NCBI GenBank assembly: GCA_951406725.2
Contig: OX597815.1
Location: forward strand, 155,434,001 to 155,498,000
Length of the DNA stretch: 64,000 bases
Direction: 5' to 3'
Source: Octopus vulgaris
Lineage: Eukaryota
Shown: piece by piece, positions 47,101-55,702 of the stretch
Layout of the letters: every line of letters starts with the position of its first letter
Position numbering within the stretch: position 1 is the first letter of the stretch
The notes under the pieces: generated by a model
What the model was told of the DNA's origin: nothing
Databases searched by the model: none
Seen by the model: the letters and a program-made list of their open reading frames with translations, nothing else
Position numbers and translations under genes: made by a program

Positions 47101-47438
47101 TACATCTTACATTATAAACAACGTAATTCTAAATGATAATTAACGATCCTTAATTTATCGATAGTTATGAGAATATAAATTTACGTTATTTCAACGTGTA
47201 TTTATGTTAACATGGAAAAAAAATACGGAAGACATAAAGCCGGTAAATTTTTTTATCGTACATTTCTGCCTTGTTGAAACGAACCATCACGATTTTCTAT
47301 AGAAATATAAAGCATATAATGGGAGAGTATTCATGTATTTACTTTAGCGGCAAAATCTTATTTGTTATAGACTGGTAATTAATTTAGAATCATTAAAGAA
47401 TAATAAATGAATTCATGATCTCACCTTGTGCTTGCCAT
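5924..47438 (-). CDS. M17-family leucyl (cytosol) aminopeptidase, putative aminopeptidase W07G4.4-like; 16 coding exons, 1560 nt, 519 aa
   Basis: Manually spliced exons (listed separately) all have AG/GT boundaries and compatible phases, and give one open frame from MASTRLTPELL to HYVLPRI*. M17 catalytic and metal-binding motifs are present: LVGK-GITYDTGG-DIK, HRDKCGAAAVAG, VGNTDAEGR, TIATLTGH, YSHIDVAGS. Subfamily motifs RDIGGSDPERM, SPTGPINRDYDDVRR and RGHQTPAAFL are also present. Confidence 0.95.
6165..7150. repeat. ~1-kb compound minisatellite (CACATACAAATG + (CA)n)
   Basis: Dozens of catacaaatgcacatacaca units; source of the spurious HT/CV-rich ORFs. Confidence 0.95.
8493..8624 (-). CDS. 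aminopeptidase exon 15 (DYSFHAGKSEYEDVLQCNNLPSSQTPRGHQTPAAFLILASGMDK)
   Basis: accag|...AAA|gtaag, 132 nt. Confidence 0.96.
9561..10060. repeat. AT-rich ~150-bp unit: direct duplicate plus adjacent inverted copy
   Basis: 9561-9711 matches 9770-9913, and 9914-10060 is the reverse complement of 9754-9903. Confidence 0.85.
11215..12690 (+). mobile_element. Penelope-like (Neptune-type) retroelement 3' fragment, pseudogenised
   Basis: RT C-terminal motifs NFLDVTLDL..YRPYHK..LSYVN..HP and IIWFAPPFSLNIKT..FL.L.DKHF. Endonuclease C-terminus HQSSFR..TSLVSHIWHLK..IRWKII. HHR at the 3' end (12621-12667). Confidence 0.85.
12621..12667 (+). ncRNA. type-I hammerhead ribozyme motif at the PLE 3' end
   Basis: AGAGU CUGAUGA GCUGUC-CACAA-GGCUGU GAAA CCAUUGG UA^ACACU. 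Confidence 0.75.
13472..13915 (+). mobile_element. SINE family B cluster (Nin/Deu-like central domain gcctttcatcctttcggggtcgat.aaataagtacc)
   Basis: tRNA-like head gagctggcagaaacgttag...gagttcaaattcc. Other copies at ~13255, 20960-21175 (-), 29180-29390, 47715-47835, 53480-53810. The domain name is from memory. Confidence 0.75.
15820..15927 (-). CDS. aminopeptidase exon 14 (AVMDNGPAKKKKMSQTLQDVGHSIGDLFEISNIRRE)
   Basis: ctgcag|...GAG|gtaaa, 108 nt. Confidence 0.95.
16696..16742 (-). ncRNA. HHR-like motif with G3/C8 core (mirror arm)
   Basis: UGUCA GUGAACA G UUCGC-GGUCUUAUA-GCGAC GAAA AUAU UU^UGACA. Confidence 0.65.
16769..16815 (+). ncRNA. HHR-like motif with G3/C8 core (GUGAACA)
   Basis: UGUCA GUGAACA G GUCAC-AGUCUUAUA-GCGAC GAAA AUAU UU^UGACA. 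Confidence 0.65.
16997..17080 (-). CDS. aminopeptidase exon 13 (AKGVKNAHIFTIATLTGHAILAMGPDYT)
   Basis: tacag|...ACT|gtaag, 84 nt, ATLTG motif. Confidence 0.96.
17290..17870 (-). mobile_element. Helitron PIF1-like helicase remnant
   Basis: Frameshifted motifs WLC..PAPKNDIV, PKLYNGTKL, VIEAIIMTG..KGEVIFI, LQFPV..MTI.K, SPGQFY. Confidence 0.75.
18626..18744 (-). CDS. aminopeptidase exon 12 (GYVADEIVTSRSNVRVRVGNTDAEGRMVMADLLCYMKEQ)
   Basis: ttatag|...CAG|gtatg, 119 nt, NTDAEGR signature. Confidence 0.97.
19975..20365. mobile_element. Tc1/mariner terminal fragment
   Basis: Ends gacttttgggacaccctg|TA, a typical mariner-type terminus. Confidence 0.5.
20443..20518 (-). CDS. aminopeptidase exon 11 (VLSILKPKGIKVTGSMSMVRNSVGP)
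   Basis: ttgcag|...G|gtaag, 76 nt. Confidence 0.95.
20807..20911 (-). CDS. aminopeptidase exon 10 (GITYDTGGHDIKAGGHMAGMHRDKCGAAAVAGFFK)
   Basis: tgcag|...AAG|gtaag, 105 nt, core M17 motif. Confidence 0.97.
22207..22660. mobile_element. palindromic tRNA-head/(AAT)n/HHR element with 12-bp TSD
   Basis: Head-to-head inverted arms; TSD attattataatc at 22195-22206 and 22661-22672; HHRs at 22286-22328 (-, decayed) and 22568-22613 (+). Confidence 0.82.
22568..22613 (+). ncRNA. minimal type-I HHR motif (slightly decayed)
   Basis: GACAC CUGAUGA A GGCUGG-AGGGUAUA-UUGGCC GAAA UG UU^AUGUU. Confidence 0.7.
23797..23882 (-). CDS. aminopeptidase exon 9 (LERHAARVLLLEYTGSGSTEENVYLVGK)
   Basis: tttaag|...AAG|gtatt, 86 nt, ends in the metal-ligand LVGK. 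Confidence 0.94.
24530..25030 (-). mobile_element. RTE-type LINE RT fragment
   Basis: Minus-strand LEVVDSFCYLGDQ..GGGCSESVAARIRIAW.KFREL, GRLYDACV..AMLHGSETLA. A related fragment lies at ~63560-63770. Confidence 0.7.
25136..25313 (+). mobile_element. truncated left end of the same mariner family
   Basis: Closely similar to 27364-27540 and ends at a fold-back element. Confidence 0.8.
25314..25600. mobile_element. fully palindromic fold-back MITE
   Basis: ttgacctgct...agcaggtcaa with imperfect complementarity along the whole length; no HHR core seen. Confidence 0.75.
26438..26845 (+). mobile_element. MITE with ~28-bp TIR (GGATCTTTTCGGTTTGAACGGCAGTTTT) and 8-bp TSD
   Basis: TIRs at both ends; TSD ggttaaac/gtttaaac (7/8). 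GG termini with an 8-bp TSD are compatible with Merlin- or Mutator-type elements (inference). Confidence 0.85.
26934..27009 (-). CDS. aminopeptidase exon 8 (ITVQSNVGELEKSYPLLGAVNRATR)
   Basis: ttctag|...A|gtaag, 76 nt, YPLL.AVNRA motif. Confidence 0.94.
27364..27928 (+). mobile_element. internally deleted mariner element
   Basis: TIR attgggttgtccggaaagtttgtgccgattt ... aaatcggcacaaactttccagacaacccaat in TA context. ORF 27570..27854 WDVLPHPPYSPDIAPSDFHLFR is a mariner transposase C-terminus. Confidence 0.92.
28743..28848 (-). CDS. aminopeptidase exon 7 (VVTRDIGGSDPERMAAPKVAEYVKKVLGGSNSDIK)
   Basis: ttttag|...AAG|gtaat, 106 nt, RDIGGSDPERM motif. Confidence 0.95.
29740..30146 (-). mobile_element. 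second copy of the same MITE, opposite orientation
   Basis: Same TIRs, exact TSD gtaatttt (29732-29739, 30147-30154), internal sequence is the reverse complement of 26438-26845. Confidence 0.88.
30187..30311 (-). CDS. aminopeptidase exon 6 (PIEIREDVPERAVKAEKLGVWFSDASVADKELLVCTALEEG)
   Basis: ttttag|...AG|gtatg, 125 nt. Confidence 0.93.
30495..30745 (-). mobile_element. CR1/L2-type LINE 3' end, same family, opposite orientation
   Basis: Reverse complement of ~35500-35725 (ggccttgctttttgctttttga). Confidence 0.8.
31221..31591 (+). mobile_element. SINE-like family E (ggaagggcatccagctgtagaaa domain, internal ~60-bp tandem units, (GAT)n tail), nested in a family-A SINE
   Basis: Repeated gccggtggcacgtaaaaagcacc units. 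Other copies at 7555-7770, 9085-9560, 10690-10920, 18805-19080, 22930-23450, 24095-24520, 36237-36397, 49460-49650, 56550-56850, 58790-59105, 60930-61055, 62650-62820. The domain resembles the MetaSINE domain (from memory). Confidence 0.78.
31969..32340 (+). mobile_element. tRNA-derived SINE family D
   Basis: gtggaggcgcaatggcccagtggttag A box, gtttcgattcc B box. Relatives at 14875-15165 and 53220-53470. Confidence 0.8.
32609..32717 (-). CDS. aminopeptidase exon 5 (STALKCKKPLLVPVVKGSFEQSHRVTILGALQGLYV)
   Basis: ttcaag|...GTT|gtaag, 109 nt. Confidence 0.92.
35275..35757 (+). mobile_element. CR1/L2-type LINE 3' end
   Basis: [43 protein letters not shown]; (TAACT)n tail. Confidence 0.88.
35807..36017. 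mobile_element. mariner-type MITE
   Basis: TIR gctgaaaagttc.tgg.ttt / aaaccaggaacttttcagc, TA at both flanks. Confidence 0.7.
36674..36756 (-). CDS. aminopeptidase exon 4 (IWSPTGPINRDYDDVRRWSDAAEKGIK)
   Basis: tttag|...AA|gtaaa, 83 nt, conserved SPTGP..RDYDDVR motif. Confidence 0.93.
36872..36931 (-). CDS. aminopeptidase exon 3 (VGDLKELTVLHCSALPSKRL)
   Basis: tttgcag|...TTG|gtaag, 60 nt. Confidence 0.88.
37234..37268 (+). ncRNA. minimal type-I HHR motif in a ~190-bp repeat (37165-37346)
   Basis: GUUU CUGACGA A GAGC-UCC-GCUC GAAA UG UU^AAAC. Relatives at 28335-28367 (+) and 41013-41045 (-) are decayed. Confidence 0.72.
38076..38217 (-). CDS. aminopeptidase exon 2 (LTPELLATSDVADSRFDCVVLVTNCIKNLDGNPGFSSLKETLTEYSQ)
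   Basis: ttttcag|...CAA|gtaag, 142 nt, open frame. Confidence 0.88.
39344..39384 (-). ncRNA. type-I HHR motif
   Basis: CCAGA CUGAUGA UGAG-CAAUGA-CUCU GAAA CUAG UC^UCUGG; perfect 5-bp stem I, palindromic stem III. Confidence 0.8.
39490..40004. mobile_element. palindromic tRNA-head/(AAT)n/HHR element (same family as 22207-22660, complete centre)
   Basis: Arms diverge from gccc-ac-gggc (39737-39746). Each arm has an A box (TGGCRTAGTGG), a B box (GTTCGATTCC on the minus arm), an (AAT)n tract and then an HHR. Confidence 0.85.
39539..39584 (-). ncRNA. minimal type-I HHR motif, intact
   Basis: GACAC CUGAUGA A GGCUAG-AGUGUAUA-CUAGUU GAAA CG UU^GUGUU. Confidence 0.85.
40178..40213 (+). ncRNA. minimal HHR-like motif with U at core position 6, in a ~190-bp repeat (40115-40305)
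   Basis: CUUU CUGUAGA A GAGC-GUAG-GCUC GAAA CG UA^AAAG. The decayed paralogue at 10299-10340 has CUGUUGA. Confidence 0.6.
41270..41765. mobile_element. fold-back PLE-like element with 12-bp TSD and HHR-like motif
   Basis: Arms 41271-41419 and 41556-41705; TSD caaatgtaagta at 41258-41269 and 41766-41777; minus-strand CCA CUGAUGC G GUCAC-AGGAGU-GUGAU GAAA GAAC UC^UGG (41391-41430). Confidence 0.75.
43667..43965. mobile_element. fold-back element whose ~90-bp arms each contain an HHR motif
   Basis: Minus 43681-43740: GAUAA CUGAAGA GAUG..CAUC C GAAA CUCAGAG UU UAUC. The plus mirror at 43891-43951 has a decayed core but a full UU^UUAUC. Confidence 0.75.
44860..45246 (-). mobile_element. SINE family A, full-length young copy
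   Basis: Reverse complement of 3833-4220 with few differences. Confidence 0.85.
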
Positions 47439-47532
47439 TGTTTGACGTTGTTTTTTACTGAAGCGCTGAGACTATTAAGCGAGCTAAGACTGTCTGCTGA
47501 TTTGCATGTGACAGGATATGTCACAAGATGTG

Positions 47533-47566
<34 letters not shown>

Positions 47567-48460
47567 CGAAAATAAAAGTTTCCACGAAACCTCGCTTCTA
47601 TTAAAAACTTGGATTATATTCACTATTTAACTTGAAACGGTGATATACGATAATTTATCTCTATTAGAAAAATAATCTCTCTTATCTAAGTTTTATTTTA
47701 CAGCTTGTTACTATTTACATTCTCAGTTCAAATGTCACCGGGGTCGACTTTTGCACTTCATCGTTTCGAAGGTAATAAAATAAGTACCAACGCTGGAATT
47801 GACGTAATCAACTAGTCCTCGCCAGTAGAAAAGATTTAGCAATTTTTTTATATTAAGACCCACACAATTTTCACTAAGAAAAAAAAAATAAACTCGGATT
47901 TTTTGCGTTGAATCAAGTACCCTGACCTCCTAATATGCTGCAAATCCCTTATTTTGGTTCGGAAGAAGGGGACATTCCCCCCCCCCCGCCATCTCGGAGT
48001 CATTGGAATTTCTTTTTTTTTTCGTTGAATGAATTCCTGTGACTTCCTAATATGCTACAAAACGGGGTAGGGTGAGGTGAAAGCCTTGGAAATTTCACCC
48101 TCACCTCCATTGATCTTTTCAACCGCATGATTTTCACTAAGGAAAAATAAAAATCGCGCCCAAACTAATTTTTGTGTGTGGGGCGGAGTTGGGAGAAAGA
48201 TGAACGATTTAAAATCAATATAAACGATTTAAAATAAATATATCTTAATTGTTGTGTGAGAAAGTATATATATTCTGATGATAAAATATAGTATCTTTCA
48301 AAAACATTCTAAATTTATAGACTATATCTTGCGCGTTTAAGAAAAAAGACATTTTACAGAAATAAATTTTCCAGAGTGCGAATTACATGATTCGTTATTG
48401 AATATGTAGTTGTCGCCGCCTCCCTTTATTCTGAACCAAAATAAGGGACTTGCAGCATAT
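45830..48460. promoter_or_regulatory. CpG-enriched promoter / first-exon region of the aminopeptidase gene
   Basis: Visibly higher CpG density than the CpG-depleted gene body, and contains exon 1. TATATAAA (minus, 47534-47541) is formed by the edge of a (TA)n tract. ATTTGCAT/CATGTG at 47500-47510 and TATCGATA at 47156-47163. Confidence 0.5.
47425..47438 (-). CDS. aminopeptidase coding exon 1 (MAST+AG)
   Basis: aaacaATGGCAAGCACAAG|gtgag: good start context, in-frame TAG 36 nt upstream, phase 2 matches exon 2, lies in the CpG-rich zone. The exon is short, so less certain. Confidence 0.75.
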
Positions 48461-48553
48461 TAGGAGGTCAGGGTATTTGATTCCAAGCAAAAAATCCAAG
48501 TTTTTGAGGGGTTTTTTATTAGTGAAAATCGTGCGGTTGTTAATATAAAAATT
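47841..48553. mobile_element. MITE with ~120-bp TIRs immediately upstream of exon 1
   Basis: 47841-47962 is the reverse complement of 48429-48553 (ccctgacctcctaatatgctgcaa.. / ..ttgcagcatattaggaggtcaggg), with an internal partial repeat at ~48020-48060. Confidence 0.75.
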
Positions 48554-49657
48554 TATCAAAGATTTTATAGCTTGTTAGCTTTTTATCTTCTTTGATATTG
48601 TATTTGCTAAGCAGGAATTAATGTCGATTATATTTGAGAGTAGCACATGTGTCAGTATTTTCAGCGAAGTTTGGAATAGTTGTGCTTCTAAAACCCATAC
48701 ATCATGGAAAAGGATGAGAAAATGAGAGAAATGTGAAAAAACTGAAATTTATTGTAACAAAGTTTTCAGAATAATAATTTCTATTGTTTCCAAGAGAGAT
48801 ACTTTAAAAAAACAACGGAACTTTTCCACTCTTTTCCTTTCTAATAAGATATGGTTGTTTGAGGGACTGCTATTCCAAAATTCTGTCCCATTTTTTCTTA
48901 AATGTAACAATAAAACTATCTCGTAAAATACTTGAATGTTTACTGTTCACACACTTAATGCATGTAGTGCTCGTTTAGATATTTACACTCACTCGGGCAG
49001 TACTGTCTATAACATGGGCATACGAGGCAGTATAGTAGTAAAAATCGATGACGTCAGACATTTAGGGTTGTTAGACAGAGACGAATTGTAATGGGTAACA
49101 CCTGGAGGAAATTTTGAAAGGATATAGAATAAATATTTGAAGAGAAAAATTTCTAAATGCTGCAATCTTATGAAGTTTTCCTGTCTTGTTAAAAGCACGA
49201 AACAGGAAATAATATCACAGCCGACGACTGAGGAAGGGTTAGACTTCTTTTGGTATTTTGTCCCATACTTATCTCCTGTTGTGTGTTTACGTATTTTCTA
49301 CTCGTTGGTGATGTCCTGTTCTTAATGGTTATTTTTCATTTATTTAATAATTGAATGCCACACAGCCATTGTCAATAGTAAATACATACATACATATATT
49401 TCATTTATTTATATATATATATATATGTGTATACTTCATTTATATATATATGTATACATCCCCGTGCAGGTGACACGTAAAAAGCACCCACTACACTCTC
49501 GGAGTGGTTGGCATTAGGAAGGGCATCCAGCTGTAGAAACTCTGCCAGATCAAGACTGGAGCCTGGTGCCGCCATCTGGTTGCCAGCCCTCAGTCAAAAT
49601 CGTCCAACCCATGCTAGCATGGAAAACGGACGTTAAATGATGATGATGATACATATA

Positions 49658-49702
<45 letters not shown>

Positions 49703-49989
49703 GTATTATGTGTGTGTGTGTGTGTATACAAAAAAGAGAGAGGGAGGGGGAACAGAGAGAATTCACACAAGAAATATCTCAGTATATCAGCAAAGATCTG
49801 TATGTTGTAAGTCAATGTGTGGAGAAAAACAACATGCTGTTAAATTAGTGATCATTTAAACGCATGCACTTTTGGAAAGAGAATGCATTCAAACAACTTT
49901 ATTCTTTTCCTTCAATCATTCAGTAATATCAGAGACTGAGGAGTGGTTGCTGACAACAATCTTAACTGGAGTGCTTACATCAATAATAA

Positions 49990-50570
49990 AGGCGATATGA
50001 CATCCACTAAACTTCCCGTTCCAGAGAATGAGATGTCATAATTCTCCTGTTCTCCTCATTTGTACAGCCACATCTGGAATACTGTTGTCCCATATGGTCT
50101 CCTCATATCAAACAAAACATTACAAGAATTGAGACACCCCAGAGAGTAATCAGCAAAAACACAAAAGGCATATCTGATCTTGATTATTGGGACCGCCTTA
50201 AAACATTGGAATTTTATTCTCTCCAAAGCTGCTATGAGCAACTATGAAATTTACACAGTGTGAAGAATATAACACCAGCATTGCTCAAAAGACCTTAACA
50301 TCAAATTCAGAAATTATCCAAGACTGGGACCACATGCCATTCACTCACAACACAATTCAGGAGCACAACACATAAATACACTGCAACACAATTACTCTTC
50401 CTTAACAGGCCCTGCTCCATTTAATATTATCCCAGAACAAATCCAAGAAGAAAATGATCCCATCACCTTCAAACGATATCTGGACACATTTCTTTGAGAT
50501 ATACCAAACAAACCATTTATACCTGGATGCATCTCAGTCAACAACTCCCTACTTGAATAGCCTATGATAT
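49990..50570 (+). mobile_element. old CR1/L2-like LINE fragment
   Basis: FVQPHLEYCCPIWSPH motif, decayed. Confidence 0.6.
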
Positions 50571-51074
50571 TACAAAATGTGACTTTAAGATAATTTCAGA
50601 TTCTATGAGATGGGCCTTTTTAATGATGCATATTTGCAGTCACATCCTCAGAAAGAGATTTCTCACTTTTGATACAGGAAAAAGTAAATAAAACATGATG
50701 TTTCAAGTAGCTGCTAGGCTGAATAAAAATCTGGTATATGCAATTGAGGCAGTATTAAACTGAAATAGCAATCTATGTATCATACTTAATGTATAGACAC
50801 TGATGATTGGCCAGTTATAGCAGTATTTGTTCTGAGATAATATCTCTTATAGGCATGCTGTATCAAAAACACAAATATCAGAAGATGATAATTCACCCCA
50901 GCAGTCACCAGCAAGAATGTCAGATGTATTTTAGTATTTTTTGTTCTTGTTTTTGGATCATTTCAGTGGCACATGCTCTCAACAGTAACTAAGAGAAAAA
51001 AATATATATTTTTGAATAATGGTAATATTAATTTTAAAAATAGAATAGCCAATTTGAACTTAAAGGGTAAGCTA

Positions 51075-51402
51075 AAGACCCCCTTCGGTCATGAATGACC
51101 ATGGGATTGCACCTAGAAAGTTACCCTCTGAAGCACAAGTCCAGGCAAGGTTGTTTATGGAAGACCAGAAGTCACCCATGCATACCAGCTTTCCCTCTTC
51201 ATGCTGCGGATGTTATCCCAGAGAAAGGCAAAGGTCAATACAGCTTGGCACCAGTGATGTCGCAACTCATTTCTACAGCTGAGTGAACTGGAACAATGTG
51301 AAATAAAGTGTCTTGCTCAAGAATACAACACACAGCCTGGTCTGGGAATCGAATTCACTACCTCATGATTGTGAGCCTGACACTTTAACCACTGAGCCAT
51401 GT
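51075..51402 (-). mobile_element. tRNA-derived SINE family C
   Basis: tggctcagtggttaaag A box, attcgattccc B box, gagcaagacactttatttcac body. Other copies at 17883-18200 (+), 33935-34260 (-), 1225-1372 (+, 3' part). Confidence 0.8.
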
Positions 51403-52219
51403 GAAGTCTACCACATCTCCGAAAAGGAGCATTCCTTTTGACAGGCTTTTACACAACTTCCGTCTACCATGTTCCATTCTCAAAGCTTTGGTCGATTCAT
51501 GATAGAATCACTTGAGCAGGTGATTCATGATAGAAATCCCCTGCTCAAGTTGCTGCAGTTTTTGGCTTAAACCCAAAGCTACACACTTGTGAAGTAAACT
51601 TCTTTATTGCACAGCCACGTCTACAACTGAAACCTTGGTTGTTTTACTTTGTTCTTGAGTACAAAAGATTACTAACACTTAAATGGGATTACCTTAGATT
51701 ATTAAATTAAGTGCTTATATATTTGCAAGCATAGAAAATATATATTAACAAACTATCATTTATATCTTAGTTGTTACAGATAAGTCACTCATCAAACAAA
51801 TTATAATGAAAAGTGATGTTTTATGATAATGACAAAATAATTTAAGTGATATTCATCTAGAATCATGAATAAAGCTTTAAAAGTAGTTTAATAATATTGA
51901 TTCTTACATTAGAAATAAAGGGAGCACAAATGCAGCTGATTGACCTGCTAGAAATACCAGCCAAATCTCTCCCGAATTCCACTCTCCCAATTTACAAATA
52001 ATGGCTATTGAATAATTTCATCTTAAATTTTCTTCATCTGAAAAAAAAAATAAATAAATAAAATGGGATGGTCACTTCTGGAATACTCTTTCCTATTCAT
52101 AGGTCTGATATAGGCTGTAACAAAATCAACAAGCACTTATGTCACTAGTAATCATTTTTATCATTTCTTCAGTGATCTGTGGAACTCAAGAATGTAAAAG
52201 GAAAAAGCTAAATATTGTA

Positions 52220-53140
52220 TGAAGTGGTATCAAAAATTTCCTGGACTAGCTCTGTAGCATGCCAACAGATGGCAGCACATGGTTGTGTGCACAGGGAGAG
52301 TTAACAGTGACCTTCATGAGGAAGTGTGCAGAGTGACATTGCAGTGTTGACTTTGCAAGTTGTGAAAGTTGTGTTTTTGTGATCATGTGTATGCTGTGGT
52401 CTACGATTTTTGTCATGGACAGGAAGTTGGAACAAAGAGCCAACATGAAATTTGGTGTTGAACTTGGGAAATCTACTACAGAGACATTGAGCATGCTTTG
52501 GCAAGCTTACGGTGATGAGGCAATGAGTAGTAAACATTGTTTTGAGTGGCATGGGTGCTTTGAAAGCAGAAGAATATCCACAGAAGAAGATGAGTGATCT
52601 GGAAGTCCCGCCATGACTGTCACTCCTGGAAATGTGGAGAAAAGTCATCTGCTTGTGCAAGAGGATTGTCAGAAGGTCATCAATGATGTTTTGAAGTGTT
52701 TGAGAAAGGATATTCAAGGACAGCAACCAGATCAGTGGCACTTGAAGAATTGGATTCTTCATGATGACAATGCTCCCTGTCTTTGAGCTCTCCTCACTTT
52801 GGGAGTTTCTCACCAAAAACATGGTATTGCTTCTGCACCCACCCTATTCACCAGAGTTAGCACCCGTGGACTCCCATCTCTTCCCCAAAATGAAAATGCA
52901 GCTCAAAGGTCACCATTTTAGCACTGTTGTCAAGATTAAGAGTGAATTGCAGGTCTTTGACTAGCTTATCGAAAACAACTTCCAGGCCTGATTCCAGAAG
53001 TGGCAGGAATGCTAGGACTGGTGTATTGCTGTGCAAGATGACTATTGCAAAGGGGATGATATTAAAACTTAGGTAAATAAGTTTTATTTTTTTTATATTA
53101 TTAAACAGAACTTGTTTGTGAACTTTTTGATACCACTTTG
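52220..53140 (+). mobile_element. degenerate mariner transposon (pseudogenised transposase)
   Basis: TIR gaagtggtatcaaaaa / tttttgataccacttt with TA flanks; HTH KLEQRANMKF..GKSTTETLSML..AYGDEAMS..CFEWH; HDDNAP and HPPYSPELAP motifs; stops and frameshifts. Confidence 0.9.
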
Positions 53141-55561
53141 TATTGTTTTCTGTCCAGTTGCCTTGTATCTGAACCATCTTGTTAATTTTTTTTTTCTTAA
53201 TGTTGGAGAAAATGCCTTGTGTGGCGGTGCATGGTTTAGTGGTTAGGATGTCAGCATCATGATCATAAGAATGTGGTTTCGATTCCTGGACCAGGCAACG
53301 CATTGTGTTCTTGAGCAAAACACTTCATTTCATGTTGCTCTAGTCCACCCAGCTGGCAAAAATGAGTAGGGCTGCGATGGACTGGCGTCCCGTCCAGCTG
53401 GGAAACACATACACCATTGAAACTGGGAAACCAGGCCCATGAGTATGGCTAGGCTTTAAAAGGGCGCAAAAAAAAAAATACCTTGTGGCATTTATTCTAG
53501 TTCTTTGCATTCTCAGTTAAAATTCAACTTAGGTCAATTTTGCCTTTCAACCCAAGTTGATGAACTAGAGTACCATTGAAGAACTGGATTTGATGGCATT
53601 GACTAACCCCTGGCAGAATCATTATCACATTGGATAAAATGTTTAGTGGTATTTCTTCTGGCTCTTTATGTTCTGAGTTCAAATACTACCTAGGTCAGTT
53701 TTGTCTTTTATCATTTTGTAGTTAATAAAATAAAGTACCAGTCAAGTAATGGGATTGATGTAACCAATGCCATTCTCCTACCTCAAGTTTATTGGCCTTG
53801 TGTTAAAATTTGCCAACTTTGACATATGGGGTATCAAAAGATTCAGTAATCTTTCGGCTACCAAATAAACTTTATTTTCATTTACATATTTTCTATGTTA
53901 TCTCAACAACCAGCTATAGTTATTTGAAAGACACTGCTCTACAACGACCAGGTTTCATTAAAATGTGAAAATAGTTTCAAACTTTCAATTTGAACTAAAA
54001 TTACAAAGTGTTGCATTATGAGAGTGATGATGTGTGATTAATGAAAGTAATGTTTCTCCAAATTAGTCACTCATGAAAAGACATCCATTTCTCTATATGT
54101 TATGAGGAAATACAGTCACTCACTCTCTCTCTTACACATGCACATGTACACATACAAAAGAAATGTATGCATATGTATTTATGTACGTGTATATGAAAGA
54201 TAATGTGTGTATGAGAGAGAGAGAAAGTGATTGTCACACATACATGCAAAAAATACATACATGACAATACACACCTTAGCTTGTTCTCTCCCTCCCTCCC
54301 TCCCTCCCTCCCTCCCCCTCTCTCTCTCTTTCTCTCATGCACATGCACACACGTCTATTTCATATACACGTACATACATCTTTCACTTTCACCTCTCTTT
54401 CACTTTCTGCTCTCACTTAAAGCAAATGTCACCTTTTCACTTTCTCCTCTCTTTCAATTTCTGCTCTCTTCAAAGCATTAAGAAATTAAGATTTTTTAAT
54501 GGAAATTAACGAACAGTTATATGATCCCATATGATTGAGCTGACAACTTTGCTGCTTCAAACAAAAGAATACCATAAAATAACTTCCTTTGGCTCACACA
54601 CGCACACACACACACATACATGGTAAAATGTCTGTACGAATTATGTTATTTTTTGTTGTGTGCACGAGCAAACTTGCAGCTCAAATCAAATCAAAATGAC
54701 CTTTTCCTAATCTGTAATTCATGTTTGTAATAACGTATTTACAAACTTGATTTTAGATATAAACTTAAAGGAAAGTTTTCCCAGAAATCTTGTCCTTTAC
54801 CTATTGTTTCTAGCATGTTCAAGGTGACATTTGCACACACACCTCAACCCTAATTTTTTTTCCTAAATTTCTTCTTATTCCTATGTTTTTTATACAGGAG
54901 ATTAAGATTTTGCCCCCCAAAATATGTTCTTAATATTTTAATTTTCTTCCACCCCATCCTGATTTCTTCATTTTTTACTTTTCTTCAATTATTTTTTGTT
55001 GGTAAAAAACAGAGAGTATGAATCTTTAAAAATTTTCTTCTTCCTTTTTTTTTCTTAAAGAAACACTAAAATATCCTTTCTAAACATTCACCCATCCCCT
55101 CACCACTTTCAAAAAGCTGCAAACTCCCAATACTTCACTTTCACCTTTTTTGAAAGCAAAATTTTCTTCAGAAATAATGTCGTTTACCTGTTGTTTCTAG
55201 CATGTTGGGCTTTCTGGTGGTGGTCTGGTATTTTTTTGCATCTGTAATTTCAGTACAATTCTATGCATGCGTGAAACATCAGATGAGTGTGAAACATTGG
55301 GAGCTTTTAGCTTTTTGAAAGCAGGTAGGTAATGGGTGGGCGAGGTGGGGGAAGGAACATTGAGTGTTTCTTTAAGAAAAATTAAACTTTAAAAACAAAC
55401 TATATTTCCCAGATGCATTGCTAGTCTATTAAAGTAAGTAAAACAATTGAGGTTAAAGTCTTTCAATATCTAGAAACATTTTTTTCTTCAATGCCAAGTT
55501 TTAAAATGACTTTTCAAAAGCTTCTCAGATAACACCTGCATATACATAATTGTGTGTATAA

Positions 55562-55622
55562 TGTGTGTGTGTGTGTGTGTGTGTGTATACATATACATAT
55601 ATCTATATATATCTATATCTCT

Positions 55623-55680
<58 letters not shown>

Positions 55681-55702
55681 GTGTGTGTGTGTGTGTGTGT
55701 GT
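55562..55702. repeat. compound (TG)n-(TATC)n-(TG)n microsatellite
   Basis: Direct inspection. Confidence 0.95.
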
